47,411 bases of DNA from an uncultured bacterium (lineage in GTDB: Bacteria > CAYJRR01): NCBI GenBank assembly GCA_964372275.1, contig CAYJRR010000018.1, positions 1 to 47,411 of the forward strand, given 5' to 3'. Within the stretch, counting starts at the first letter, position 1, and each line of letters starts with the position of its first letter. The position numbers and the translations under genes were made by a program. This document shows positions 19,974 through 30,632 of this stretch, in pieces. Under the pieces are notes generated by a model. That model ran no database searches, was not told the DNA's origin, and saw only the letters and a list, made by a program, of their open reading frames with translations.

Positions 19974-21536
19974 GTGACCGATCACCTCCTGACGGCGATC
20001 ACCTTCACCCCGGCGCTCTTCGCGCTCCTCGTCTCGGTGGTCGGCGGCGGCGACCGCCGGATTCGCGCGGTCTCGATGACCGGATCGCTCCTTTCGTTCG
20101 CGCTCTCGGCCTGGCTCTTCGCCGAGTTCCGCCCGAGCCGCGCGTCGATGCAGTTCACCGAGACGATCCCGTGGATCGATGCCTACGGCGTCCGCTACGC
20201 GCTGGGGGTCGACGGCATCAGCCTCTTCCTGGTGCTGCTGACGACGGTCCTCACCCCGGTGGTGATCGCGTCCTCCCGCACGGCGATCGCGCGCCGCGTG
20301 CGCGAGTACCATGTCTTCCTGCTCCTCCTCGAGACGGCGATGCTCGGGACGTTCTTCGCGCTCGACGCCGTGCTGTTCTACGTCTTCTGGGAGGCGATGC
20401 TGGTGCCGATGTACTTCCTGATCGGCATCTGGGGCGGGGAGCGGCGGCTGTACGCCACCATCAAGTTCGTCCTCTACACCGCCGCGGGCTCCCTCCTGAT
20501 GCTGGTGGCGTTGCTCTACGTCGTCGTCGCGCACAAGACGCAGACGGGGAGCTACTCCACCCTGCTCGCCGACCTCTACCGGGTGCAGCTTCCGCTCGCC
20601 ACCCAGGTCTGGCTCTTCGGCGCCTTCGGGCTCGCCTTCGCAATCAAGGTACCGATCTTCCCGTTCCATACCTGGCTTCCGGACGCCCACGTCGAAGCCC
20701 CCACCGGAGGCTCGGTGATCCTCGCCGGCGTGCTCCTCAAGATGGGAACCTACGGATTCCTTCGTTGGGCGATGCCACTCTTCCCGGCGGCGGCGCTGGC
20801 CTATGCGCCCTGGATCGTCCTGCTCGCCGCGATCGGCATCGTCTACGGCGCGCTCGTGGCGCTGGTGCAGCCCGACGTGAAGCGGCTCGTCGCCTACTCC
20901 TCGGTGAGCCACCTGGGCTACGTGATGCTGGGCCTGTTCGCCCTCGACCCGGAGCGCGTCTACGACGCCGTCCCGCAGGTCACAGGTAGCGTGCTGCAGA
21001 TGGTCAACCACGGTCTGTCGACCGGGGCGCTCTTCCTCCTGGTGGGGATCCTCTACGAGCGGCGCCACACCCGCGAGATTGCGGCCTTCGGGGGACTGGC
21101 GCGCACGATGCCGATCTTCGCCGCCATCCTCCTGTTCGTGACGCTCTCCTCGATCGGGCTGCCGGGCCTGAACGGTTTCGTCGGCGAGTTCCTCATCCTC
21201 CTCGGATCGTTCCGCGCCGCCCCGGTGGCGACGGTTGCCGGAGCGTTCGGTGTCGTCTTGGGGGCGGTCTACATGCTCTGGATGTTCCAGCGGGTGGCGC
21301 TGGGGGAAGTGACGCGCGCCGAGAACCGCACCGTGACCGATGCGTCGGGGCGGGAGGTCGCCTACCTGCTGCCGATCCTGGCGGCGATCGTGGCGATCGG
21401 CGTTTACCCGCGCCCGCTCCTCACCCGGATCGAAGGGTCGGTCCGGGCGACGCTGGAGCGGGTCGAAGCCGCGGGAACGCCGGCGCGCGTCGCCGCCGCC
21501 TCGGGCGGGGTCGTCGACGGAGGGGGATCCCGATGA
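19974..21536 (+). CDS. nuoM: NADH-quinone oxidoreductase subunit M (copy 2)
   Basis: GVDGIS, FWEAMLVPMYFLIGIWG, FHTWLPDAHVEAPT, AYSSVSHLG, GLPGLNGFVGE. Confidence 0.96.
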   Translation: MTDHLLTAITFTPALFALLVSVVGGGDRRIRAVSMTGSLLSFALSAWLFAEFRPSRASMQFTETIPWIDAYGVRYALGVDGISLFLVLLTTVLTPVVIASSRTAIARRVREYHVFLLLLETAMLGTFFALDAVLFYVFWEAMLVPMYFLIGIWGGERRLYATIKFVLYTAAGSLLMLVALLYVVVAHKTQTGSYSTLLADLYRVQLPLATQVWLFGAFGLAFAIKVPIFPFHTWLPDAHVEAPTGGSVILAGVLLKMGTYGFLRWAMPLFPAAALAYAPWIVLLAAIGIVYGALVALVQPDVKRLVAYSSVSHLGYVMLGLFALDPERVYDAVPQVTGSVLQMVNHGLSTGALFLLVGILYERRHTREIAAFGGLARTMPIFAAILLFVTLSSIGLPGLNGFVGEFLILLGSFRAAPVATVAGAFGVVLGAVYMLWMFQRVALGEVTRAENRTVTDASGREVAYLLPILAAIVAIGVYPRPLLTRIEGSVRATLERVEAAGTPARVAAASGGVVDGGGSR

Positions 21537-23017
21537 GCGAACTCGGTCCGCTGCTGCCGCTCGTCTTGCCGGCGACCGCCGGGCTGGTCGCCCTGGTGAT
21601 CGCCGGCTTCCGGCCGGACGACCGCGCGCTCTCTCCGCTCGTCGCCGCCGCCGGAATCGCGGCAGGGTTGGTCGCCCTGCGGGTCGGTGGTCCGGCGACG
21701 ACGCCGATCCTCTCCGGGATGGTGGCCGTCGACCCGTTCGCCGCCTACGTCGCGCTGCTGGTGCTCGCGCTCACGCTGGGGGCGGCTTGCGTCGGCGTCG
21801 CCGGGTTCCGCGCGGCGCGCGTCGCGCACGGAGAGTACTGGGCGCTCTTGCTGTTCGCGGTTTCGGGGATGGTGCTGGTGGCCTCCGCCCACAGCCTGGT
21901 CACCCTGTTTCTCGGCGTGGAGACGATGTCGCTGTCGGTGTACGCGCTGGTCGGCAGCGATCGCGCCACCACCCGCTCCCCCGAAGCCGCGCTCAAGTAC
22001 TTCCTCCTCGGCAGCGTCTCGTCGGCCGTCCTCCTGTTCGGCATCGCGTTTGTGTACGGAGCCACCGGCTCGATGTCGCTCGCCGAGGTGAATGCCGCCT
22101 TGCGCGCGGGCCTGGCCGAGGGCCACCGCGCCGAGATGATGGTCGGAACGGTGCTCCTCCTCGCGGGCCTGGCCTTCAAGACGGCGGCGACGCCGTTCCA
22201 CATGTGGGCCCCGGACGCCTACACCGGCGCGCCGACGGCGGTGACCGCCTTCATGTCGTCGGCCGTCAAGGCGGCCTCCTTCGCGGCGTTGCTCCGCCTG
22301 TTCGCCGCCACCCTCCTCCCGACGGCGGGATTCTGGTCCGACCTGCTCGCCGTCGCCGCGGGGCTGACGGTGGTCGTCGGGAATCTGGGCGCGGTGGTCC
22401 AGAGCGAGCTGAAGCGCCTCTTCGCCTATTCGAGCATCGCCCATGCCGGTTACCTGCTGATCGGCGTGCGCGCCGCCTCGATCGATCCGACGTCGGCGAC
22501 TCCGGCCGTGCTGTTCTACCTTTTCGCCTATACCGTCACCTCGCTCGGGATCTTCGCGGCGATTGCGGCGGCGGAGCGTTGGCAAGGCCGGGAACTTTCC
22601 CTGGACGACCTCGCCGGCATGTCGCGCCGGCACCCGGTCGTGGCGGCGGTGACGACCGTCTTCCTCCTCGCGCTGGCCGGCGTACCGCCGACGGGCGGCT
22701 TCACGGCCAAGCTCTTCGTCTTCGGAGCCGCGGTGAAGGTGGGGGATCTCCTCCTCGCGATCCTTGGGGTCGTGGCTTCGGCGGTGAGCCTCTACTACTA
22801 CCTGCGCGTGGCGGTCTATCTCTACATGCGCGAACCGGAGGAGGTCTCCGCGCGATCGCCGCACGCGGAGCCGTTCGCGCGGATGCCGTCCATCTACGCC
22901 GTGCTGGGGATTGCGGCCGCGATCGTGATTGCCACCGGAATCCTCCCGGATACCTTTCTCCGGGGCGCTCGCGAGGCGGCGGTCTCGGCGAAGGTGACTC
23001 GCGCCGCCGGCCTGTAA
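21533..23017 (+). CDS. nuoN: NADH-quinone oxidoreductase subunit N (copy 2)
   Basis: [53 protein letters not shown]. Confidence 0.95.
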   Translation: MSELGPLLPLVLPATAGLVALVIAGFRPDDRALSPLVAAAGIAAGLVALRVGGPATTPILSGMVAVDPFAAYVALLVLALTLGAACVGVAGFRAARVAHGEYWALLLFAVSGMVLVASAHSLVTLFLGVETMSLSVYALVGSDRATTRSPEAALKYFLLGSVSSAVLLFGIAFVYGATGSMSLAEVNAALRAGLAEGHRAEMMVGTVLLLAGLAFKTAATPFHMWAPDAYTGAPTAVTAFMSSAVKAASFAALLRLFAATLLPTAGFWSDLLAVAAGLTVVVGNLGAVVQSELKRLFAYSSIAHAGYLLIGVRAASIDPTSATPAVLFYLFAYTVTSLGIFAAIAAAERWQGRELSLDDLAGMSRRHPVVAAVTTVFLLALAGVPPTGGFTAKLFVFGAAVKVGDLLLAILGVVASAVSLYYYLRVAVYLYMREPEEVSARSPHAEPFARMPSIYAVLGIAAAIVIATGILPDTFLRGAREAAVSAKVTRAAGL

Positions 23018-23058
23018 GGCTTATGCTCCGGTCCGACGTCCGGAGGGGGAATCGAGCG

Positions 23059-23529
23059 ATGGCGAAAGCGACGGCCAGGAAGAGGAAGGAGCGACCCGGT
23101 CTCCCGTTCAAGCTCCGCAAGGGGACGACGGCCGACGCGAGCCCCCTCTACCCGCTCTACCGGACGCTCCGACCCAAGGACAAGGTCTCGGAGTCCGACT
23201 TCGCGCGGCTGCTCGGCGCGGTGTTGATGGAACAGACCGAGTTGTGGATCGCCGAAACGGATGAACAGCCGATCGGCTTCCTCACCTTGAGGATCGGCAC
23301 CACCCTGCACGGGCGCCGATCCGGCACGATCGAAGAGCTGGTGGTCGATCCGAAGGTCCGTCGTGGGGGGATCGGCACGGCGCTGATCCACAAGGCGATC
23401 GAGCGGGCCCGCGCCGCCGGTTGTTGGAGTCTCGAGCTCGCGACCTATCCCGGCGGGTTGGACGTGCCGCAGTTCTACGAGAAGTTCGGCTTCAAGAGCT
23501 CGTCGACCTTCTATCGCCTGAGCATCTGA
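23059..23529 (+). CDS. GNAT-family N-acetyltransferase
   Basis: IEELVVDPKVRRGGIGTAL (acetyl-CoA motif A), FYEKFGF; SD GGAGGGG upstream. Confidence 0.88.
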   Translation: MAKATARKRKERPGLPFKLRKGTTADASPLYPLYRTLRPKDKVSESDFARLLGAVLMEQTELWIAETDEQPIGFLTLRIGTTLHGRRSGTIEELVVDPKVRRGGIGTALIHKAIERARAAGCWSLELATYPGGLDVPQFYEKFGFKSSSTFYRLSI

Positions 23530-23566
23530 TGGCGCGGGCCGTGTTCGCCACCGCGCACCCGTCGCC

Positions 23567-24382
23567 GTGGAAGGGGCGCTGACCCGGCTTCGATCGCACC
23601 GCCTTCGATTGGCGGCGCTCGAGGCGATCGCGGAGAAGAGCGAGCGCGCCACGGTCGCCCTTGCGGCGGTCGCGCACGAGTCCGGCTTCCGCCCGCTCGC
23701 GGAGTTCCCCGATCCCGACGTGCGCGGCCTCGTCGCGGACGCGGCGATCATCGCCGTCCGGAGGGAGCGGGCGGCGAACGAACGCCTCGCGCTGCAGGCC
23801 GGAATCTGGGTCCTGTTCGTGGCGGGGCTCCTCTCGATCGGCGTCCCGCTGACGAGCGGAGTCGCCGTCGTCGCGCTGGTCCTCGCCGCGCCGACCTGGG
23901 CGCTCCTGACGGGCGCACCGGACGCGATCCTCGACCTGCTGGTGGCGATGCCGATTGCGGGACGACCCGCTGCCGACCTCCTGCACGCGCGCCATCTCCT
24001 TTCGCTCGCCGCGTTCCTGGGCGCGGGCGTCGATCCGGCGCTTGCCACCGGGTTGGCCCGCCTTCACGCCGGTCGCCCGCTGCCGGATCGCGTCCTGAGG
24101 GATGCGCTCGCGGCGCGGTTCGGAGAGAGGATGCCGCTCGGACCCGATGCCGAAAGCCGCCTGCTCGGCGCCGCCGCCCGTTTGGAGCGCGGCGCACAGC
24201 GAAAGAGCCGCCTGATCTGTCTCGGGCTGGCGGCCGTGGCCATGGCCGCGGTCGTCGGGCGGGCGGTTCGGGACGAGCCCACGCTTCGGGGCCCGTTCGC
24301 GCCGACTCCGACCGCCACCCGGCCCAGCGTGGAGGACGGGGAACGACCCGGTCGATTCGAGCCTACTTCGTCACCGCCTTGA
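23567..24382 (+). CDS. Hypothetical membrane protein
   Basis: Two to three hydrophobic segments; fills the intergenic space; start uncertain; 20-bp overlap with the convergent gene. Confidence 0.5.
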   Translation: MEGALTRLRSHRLRLAALEAIAEKSERATVALAAVAHESGFRPLAEFPDPDVRGLVADAAIIAVRRERAANERLALQAGIWVLFVAGLLSIGVPLTSGVAVVALVLAAPTWALLTGAPDAILDLLVAMPIAGRPAADLLHARHLLSLAAFLGAGVDPALATGLARLHAGRPLPDRVLRDALAARFGERMPLGPDAESRLLGAAARLERGAQRKSRLICLGLAAVAMAAVVGRAVRDEPTLRGPFAPTPTATRPSVEDGERPGRFEPTSSPP

Positions 24383-24947
24383 GCTTCGCCGTCCCTCCCT
24401 CGATCACCACCCGGAATTCGACCGACCGGCAGTTGAGCTTTTCCTTCAGCGCCCGCGTCTGCTGATCGAGGAGCACGGCCACCTTGTCCCGGGTGAGCCC
24501 GACGACGCTCTCGTTGAGCTGGCGCTTGGCCTGCACCAGCTGCTCGAAGATCTCCTGCGCCCGGTCGCGCGGCGGCGGAGCCGCGGAGGCCGGCTCCTTC
24601 GCGCGGTCGGCCCTCCGCCGCGCCCTCTCCTCCCGCTCGCGCTCGTGGAGCTCGGCCTTCACCCGGTGCCCATGGAACGTCCCCTCCTCGATCTGCTTGA
24701 GCACCCGGTCCCAGTAGCGCTGGAAGGAGAGGAACTTGGCTCTCAACTGCTCGCGCCGGAACTTCGCCCCGGTGTTCCGCACCGACTTCCGGTCGATCTC
24801 CTCCACCAGCCGCTGCACTTCGGTCCTCGCCCGGAGCGGCTCGATCTTCTCCATGCCGAGGAAGTACTGGTCGTAGGCGACGCGCAGATCGGCGATCCGC
24901 TTGTCGAGCTGGTCGAGTTCCCGTTGAATGTCGTCCGGCGCCGCCAT
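24363..24947 (-). CDS. Stand-alone MXAN_5187 C-terminal-domain-like protein
   Basis: YDQYFLGMEKIEP, YWDRVLKQIEEG and terminal VEFRVVIEGGTAKLKAV resemble this myxobacterial family; TTGACC-N18-TACAAT upstream. Confidence 0.7.
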   Translation of the reverse strand: MAAPDDIQRELDQLDKRIADLRVAYDQYFLGMEKIEPLRARTEVQRLVEEIDRKSVRNTGAKFRREQLRAKFLSFQRYWDRVLKQIEEGTFHGHRVKAELHEREREERARRRADRAKEPASAAPPPRDRAQEIFEQLVQAKRQLNESVVGLTRDKVAVLLDQQTRALKEKLNCRSVEFRVVIEGGTAKLKAVTK

Positions 24948-24958
24948 CGGAAAAATCA

Positions 24959-25828
24959 TTGTACGGTTCGCGGAAAAATCGGGTCAAACGTCGTCGCGAC
25001 CCGACACCGGGTCTCGCCTACGACCCGGCGTTCGTCGGCCCCGGCGAGGAGCGCCGGATCCTCGATTGGCTGGCCACCCTTCACCCGCTCTGGGAGCTCC
25101 GCTATCCGACCCGCGGACCCAGGCCGCGGGAGCAGCGCCGCCTGCTCCGGCCCGTCTACTGGCTCGGAAGCTGGCAGTTCGCTTGCCTCGACTACTATCG
25201 TCCACCGGCCGGCGTCCGCGATCGGTGCGTCCGGGCCGAACCGTTCCCCGACGTGCTGGCGCGTCTCGTGGAACGGATCGACGCGCGCGTGCGGGCCATG
25301 TTCGCCGGGCCCGACCTCCCCCCGCGGTGGCGCCTCAACACCTGCCTGGTGAATCTCTACGGCGATCGGCTGGACGGCGGGCATCCCGTCGACGCCGCCC
25401 GTGTCGGAGAGCACCGCGACTTCGAGCCCGGTCCGGTGGCGTCGGTCTCCCTCGGGGAGCGCGCGCTTTTCCAGTTCGTGGATCGCGTCCCCGCGGCGGC
25501 GCGCCGGGCCGGGGTCTCGGCGCCGGTCGTCGCACAGCAATGGCTCGGGCATCGCTCGTTGCAGATCTTCGGCGGCGACACCTGGAAGAGACGTACACTG
25601 CACCGGGTTCAGCGGGTCGAGCGCCGCGGCGGAATCCACCTCCCGCCGGACCTGGCCGAGTTCCGCACCCGGCGGGTCAACTTCACCTTTCGATTCGTCC
25701 CGGACGAGCACGTGGTGCCGTTCGCCCTCCTCGCCGACGACGCGCGGCAGGAGGTTCGCGCCTACGTCGAAACGCTCGCGCGTCACTCCCCGTTCTTCGC
25801 GGGGGAGCTGGCCCGATCTACGGGGTGA
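24959..25828 (+). CDS. AlkB-like 2OG-Fe(II) dioxygenase (start uncertain)
   Basis: CLVNLY, HRD (HxD), VASVSLG, distal H in LHRV, RRVNFTFR. Confidence 0.82.
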   Translation: MYGSRKNRVKRRRDPTPGLAYDPAFVGPGEERRILDWLATLHPLWELRYPTRGPRPREQRRLLRPVYWLGSWQFACLDYYRPPAGVRDRCVRAEPFPDVLARLVERIDARVRAMFAGPDLPPRWRLNTCLVNLYGDRLDGGHPVDAARVGEHRDFEPGPVASVSLGERALFQFVDRVPAAARRAGVSAPVVAQQWLGHRSLQIFGGDTWKRRTLHRVQRVERRGGIHLPPDLAEFRTRRVNFTFRFVPDEHVVPFALLADDARQEVRAYVETLARHSPFFAGELARSTG

Positions 25829-28298
25829 GGCAGCAACGAAATCCTACGTCGTCGGTACCCTGGTCCGGGCCGAGGAGATCGCGGTAGGCGCAGCGCCCGC
25901 CCCACGCCGGGAGCTTTGCCGAGCCGCCCTTGATCACGCGCGCCGCCGGTTGGTCGTCCCATGCGCTGGCGGTGATCTCCCAGACGTTTCCGGAAAGGTC
26001 GAACGGGCCGTCGAGAGCGCCGCACCGCGGGAAGGCCCCGATCGCCATCGACCGTCCGGGCGCGTCGCCGGTCGCGAGGTTGCAGATCCCCGCCTGGAAC
26101 GCGTTCCCGTACGGGAACCGGGACCCGTCGAGACCCTTGCAGGCCCGCTCCCACTCGCGCTCGCTGCACAGGCGCTTTCCGACCGCCTCGCATGCGCGCG
26201 CCGCCTCCGCGGAGGTGACGCCGGTGGTGGGCAACACCCCTTTCACGTTTGGGTGCTCGTAGCGATCGATGCAGAATCCCGCCACGTCGACCGGATGTAG
26301 GATCGGTTCCCAGATGTCGCGGTCCGGATCCTCCCGTTCGGATCCGATCGGGAAGCGCCCACGGGGAAGCGCGACCATCCCCTCGGGGCACACCAGGGCG
26401 GCGGTCCGCGACGGGACGAATCCGAGTCGGGTCGCCTGCCGGTAACCCACCCATCCCCCCCCGGCGACGACGACCACCGCCGCCACCTTGAGCGCGATCC
26501 CGATGCCGCCGCTCCGTCGCGGGGCCGGCTGGACCCTCGCGGCGACCGCGGCGGCATCGAGACCGCGCAGGGTCGGCCGGCGGTTCTGGGGTGGATCGGT
26601 GGGAAGGTCCGACGAGGGCACGTCGGCGGAAACCTTGACGCCGGAGACCCACCGGGGCTCCGCCGCAGGATTGGTCGGGTCGGCGTCGTCGACGCGCTGG
26701 CGCGATCCGCTGATCCGCTCCGGTGCCGGAATCGGCGCCCGCGAGCGACGGTCGGGATACTCCGCTTTCAAACGCATTTCGGCGTCGTCCCGCGTCGGAC
26801 GATCGACGATTGCGGAAGCGACCGGCGGCGCCGGACGGAACCCCGCCGGTGTCGCGCTCGGTTCCGCGAGATCGAGGCTCAGGTGTGCGGGAGGAGGGAC
26901 CGCCGGCGTCGGCTCGCCGTCCTGCGACACCTCGTGAAGTCGTCGGGAGGTGCCGGCCAGCTCGGTCACGTTCCAAAGCGGCTCGTGCAGCTCGATTGCT
27001 CCACGCCGGAGCGAGGTACGCGTCGACGCGTCCGGCGCATCGAGTCCGGCCGCAGGCCCGAGGTAGGCGATCTCGATCCCGCCGTCGTCGGGCGCGCGGG
27101 CGCTCGACTCCGCGATCGGCGGCGATTCGAGATCTTCGGCGAGGATGTCGCCGCCGAGGACTCGCAGCACGGCCTCCTTCAGCTCCGCCGCGCTCTCGTA
27201 CCGGTCCGCCGGATCCGCGGCCAACGCCTTCGTGACGAGACGGTCGACCGCGCGCGGAACGGAGGGATTGAGGGCCGACACCGGCGGCGCGTCGGGACCC
27301 GACGGACTGCTGCCGGTCAGCATCTCGTAGAGAAGCGCCCCCACGGCGTAGAGGTCGGCGCGACGGTCGATCACCGGGCGGTCGGCCGCGAACTCGGGCG
27401 CCAGGTGTGGCGTGGCGCGCCCCCCCCGCCGCTGCGAGACCCACCATTCGGCAGGCGAGAAGAGCCGCGCGAACCCGACGTCGATCAACTTCAACGAATC
27501 GACCTGGACGAAGACGTTCTCGGGCTTGAGCGCGCCGTGCACCAGCTCCGACGTTCCGGCGGGCAGACCGTGTGCGAACTGTAGACCCTGGCAGATCTGC
27601 ACCACGATCGGCTCGGCCTCCTCGAAGGTGAACGTCCCGCCGTTCTCCCGTTTGACGTCGAGCAGCGCGCGGAGCGGCAACCCCTCCAGGTACTGCATGA
27701 TGACGAAGGCGGTCTCCCCTTCACGCCCCGCTCCGTGGACCTTCACCAGGTTCGGATGCACCAGGGACTTGAGCTGGCCGACCAGCTCGGCGAACCGCCC
27801 GGCGAGCGCCTCCGCCGGTAGACGCGAGGCCGGAATCGCCTTCACCGCCACGACCGATCCCTTCTTGCGATCGATCGCCTTGAAGACCCGCCCCAGCGGA
27901 CCTCCACCCAGATCCGCGACCAGCTCCAGTCGGCCGGACAGCACCGTCCCGACCGCCATGTCGAGTTCGGCACGGTCGTCCTCGTCCCGTACGACGTGGG
28001 TGCGCGTCCCTTGTCGCGCCGAGCCCGAGCCGCTCGGTTCCGCGCCGACCGGGACGGTGTCCCCCTTCGAGCCCGCAACGCTCCGGGAAAGCTCGAAAAT
28101 GCTTTCGCTCAAGCCCGATACGGGGACGGCGCCGGCGATCGTCGGAAGGGGGGGGACGACGGCGGGCGCGGCCGGTGCCTCCGGGCCGGACAGCCCGGGA
28201 AGTGCGGACGTCTCGGCGCCGTAGTTGAACTTCTGCCCGCAGTTGTCGCACTGCGGAGAGCGGTCCGGCACGCGCCGGCCGCATCGATAACAATGCAC
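25818..28298 (-). CDS. Zn-ribbon / Ser-Thr (pseudo)kinase / TM / FGE-sulfatase (SUMF1-like) domain protein
   Basis: N-terminal CxxC..CxxC; VAVK, HGALKPEN, DVG, APE; TM segment; CPEGM, FCIDRYE, KRLCSEREWERAC, DLSGNVWE, GFRCC. Confidence 0.88.
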   Translation of the reverse strand: MHCYRCGRRVPDRSPQCDNCGQKFNYGAETSALPGLSGPEAPAAPAVVPPLPTIAGAVPVSGLSESIFELSRSVAGSKGDTVPVGAEPSGSGSARQGTRTHVVRDEDDRAELDMAVGTVLSGRLELVADLGGGPLGRVFKAIDRKKGSVVAVKAIPASRLPAEALAGRFAELVGQLKSLVHPNLVKVHGAGREGETAFVIMQYLEGLPLRALLDVKRENGGTFTFEEAEPIVVQICQGLQFAHGLPAGTSELVHGALKPENVFVQVDSLKLIDVGFARLFSPAEWWVSQRRGGRATPHLAPEFAADRPVIDRRADLYAVGALLYEMLTGSSPSGPDAPPVSALNPSVPRAVDRLVTKALAADPADRYESAAELKEAVLRVLGGDILAEDLESPPIAESSARAPDDGGIEIAYLGPAAGLDAPDASTRTSLRRGAIELHEPLWNVTELAGTSRRLHEVSQDGEPTPAVPPPAHLSLDLAEPSATPAGFRPAPPVASAIVDRPTRDDAEMRLKAEYPDRRSRAPIPAPERISGSRQRVDDADPTNPAAEPRWVSGVKVSADVPSSDLPTDPPQNRRPTLRGLDAAAVAARVQPAPRRSGGIGIALKVAAVVVVAGGGWVGYRQATRLGFVPSRTAALVCPEGMVALPRGRFPIGSEREDPDRDIWEPILHPVDVAGFCIDRYEHPNVKGVLPTTGVTSAEAARACEAVGKRLCSEREWERACKGLDGSRFPYGNAFQAGICNLATGDAPGRSMAIGAFPRCGALDGPFDLSGNVWEITASAWDDQPAARVIKGGSAKLPAWGGRCAYRDLLGPDQGTDDVGFRCCLTP

Positions 28299-28343
28299 GG
28301 CCCGTTCGCCCTTTGCAGCCCCGTAGAATCCGCGGGACCGGCG

Positions 28344-28407
28344 AGTATAGGCAGGAGCCGTTCACCCCGGCAAGCCGGTTGCGCCGGAGCGGGCGCCCGT
28401 TTAGACT
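28344..28407. promoter_or_regulatory. Back-to-back divergent sigma70-type promoters
   Basis: Minus: TTGCCG-N18-TATACT (28373-28344); plus: TTGCGC-N17-TAGACT (28379-28407). Confidence 0.6.
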
Positions 28408-28417
28408 TCTCCGCTTC

Positions 28418-30019
<1,602 letters not shown>

Positions 30020-30056
30020 GCCCGGACGGGCCTGGCGGTTGCAGGAGAACGAGCGC

Positions 30057-30632
30057 ATGTCGAACCTGATTCGAATCAACCTCCCGTACGTCCTCCTCCT
30101 CGCAGCGCTCGGAACCGGCTGCGGTGGCGGCGTTTCGTCCTCCCCGGCGGGCGGAGACGACGACGACGGCGACGCCACGTACACCCTCTCCGACGGGATC
30201 TACACCTATACCCTCTCCGAGGTTCCGGCCGACACCTGCTGGGCTCCGCCGAAGGAGAACCCCGACGTCCCGATGACGATCGAGGCCGAGGTCACCTCCG
30301 CGGGAAACACCGTCACAATGAGCGCCAGCTCCGACCTGGGAGATTTCCACCTGGAGCTCGCGCGCGACGGAAACCAACTCCTGGGCGGCAGCTCCGACGT
30401 GCTCGACTTGAACGAAAGCTACGGCCTCGACTGCGTGCTGCAGATCGATTCGCAGCTCGAGGGGACGATCACCGGCGACGACCGGTTCGACGCCACCCAC
30501 ACCATCGACCTCGCGCAGCAGTCGGGGAACGACTGCGCGGCCTTCCTGGTCGGGAACCTCGATCCCAACCAGCTCGACCAGCTCCCCTGCTCCGTGACGC
30601 TCGCGGGGGACGTGGTCAAGAACGCGATCTAG
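30057..30632 (+). CDS. Hypothetical lipoprotein
   Basis: Lipobox-like LGTGC, acidic linker GGDDDDGD, four further Cys; SD AGGAG. Confidence 0.75.
   Translation: MSNLIRINLPYVLLLAALGTGCGGGVSSSPAGGDDDDGDATYTLSDGIYTYTLSEVPADTCWAPPKENPDVPMTIEAEVTSAGNTVTMSASSDLGDFHLELARDGNQLLGGSSDVLDLNESYGLDCVLQIDSQLEGTITGDDRFDATHTIDLAQQSGNDCAAFLVGNLDPNQLDQLPCSVTLAGDVVKNAI

Noticed and set aside
23567..24382. GspF/TadB-like pilus platform protein
   Set aside because: Only a vague resemblance (LAAFLGAGVD, AAARLE) and no pilus genes nearby
30028..30043. Possible sigma54 element GGGCCTGGCGGTTGCA before the lipoprotein gene
   Set aside because: The -24 half is weak, it overlaps a hairpin, and the implied start site would exclude the AGGAG SD; left uncalled
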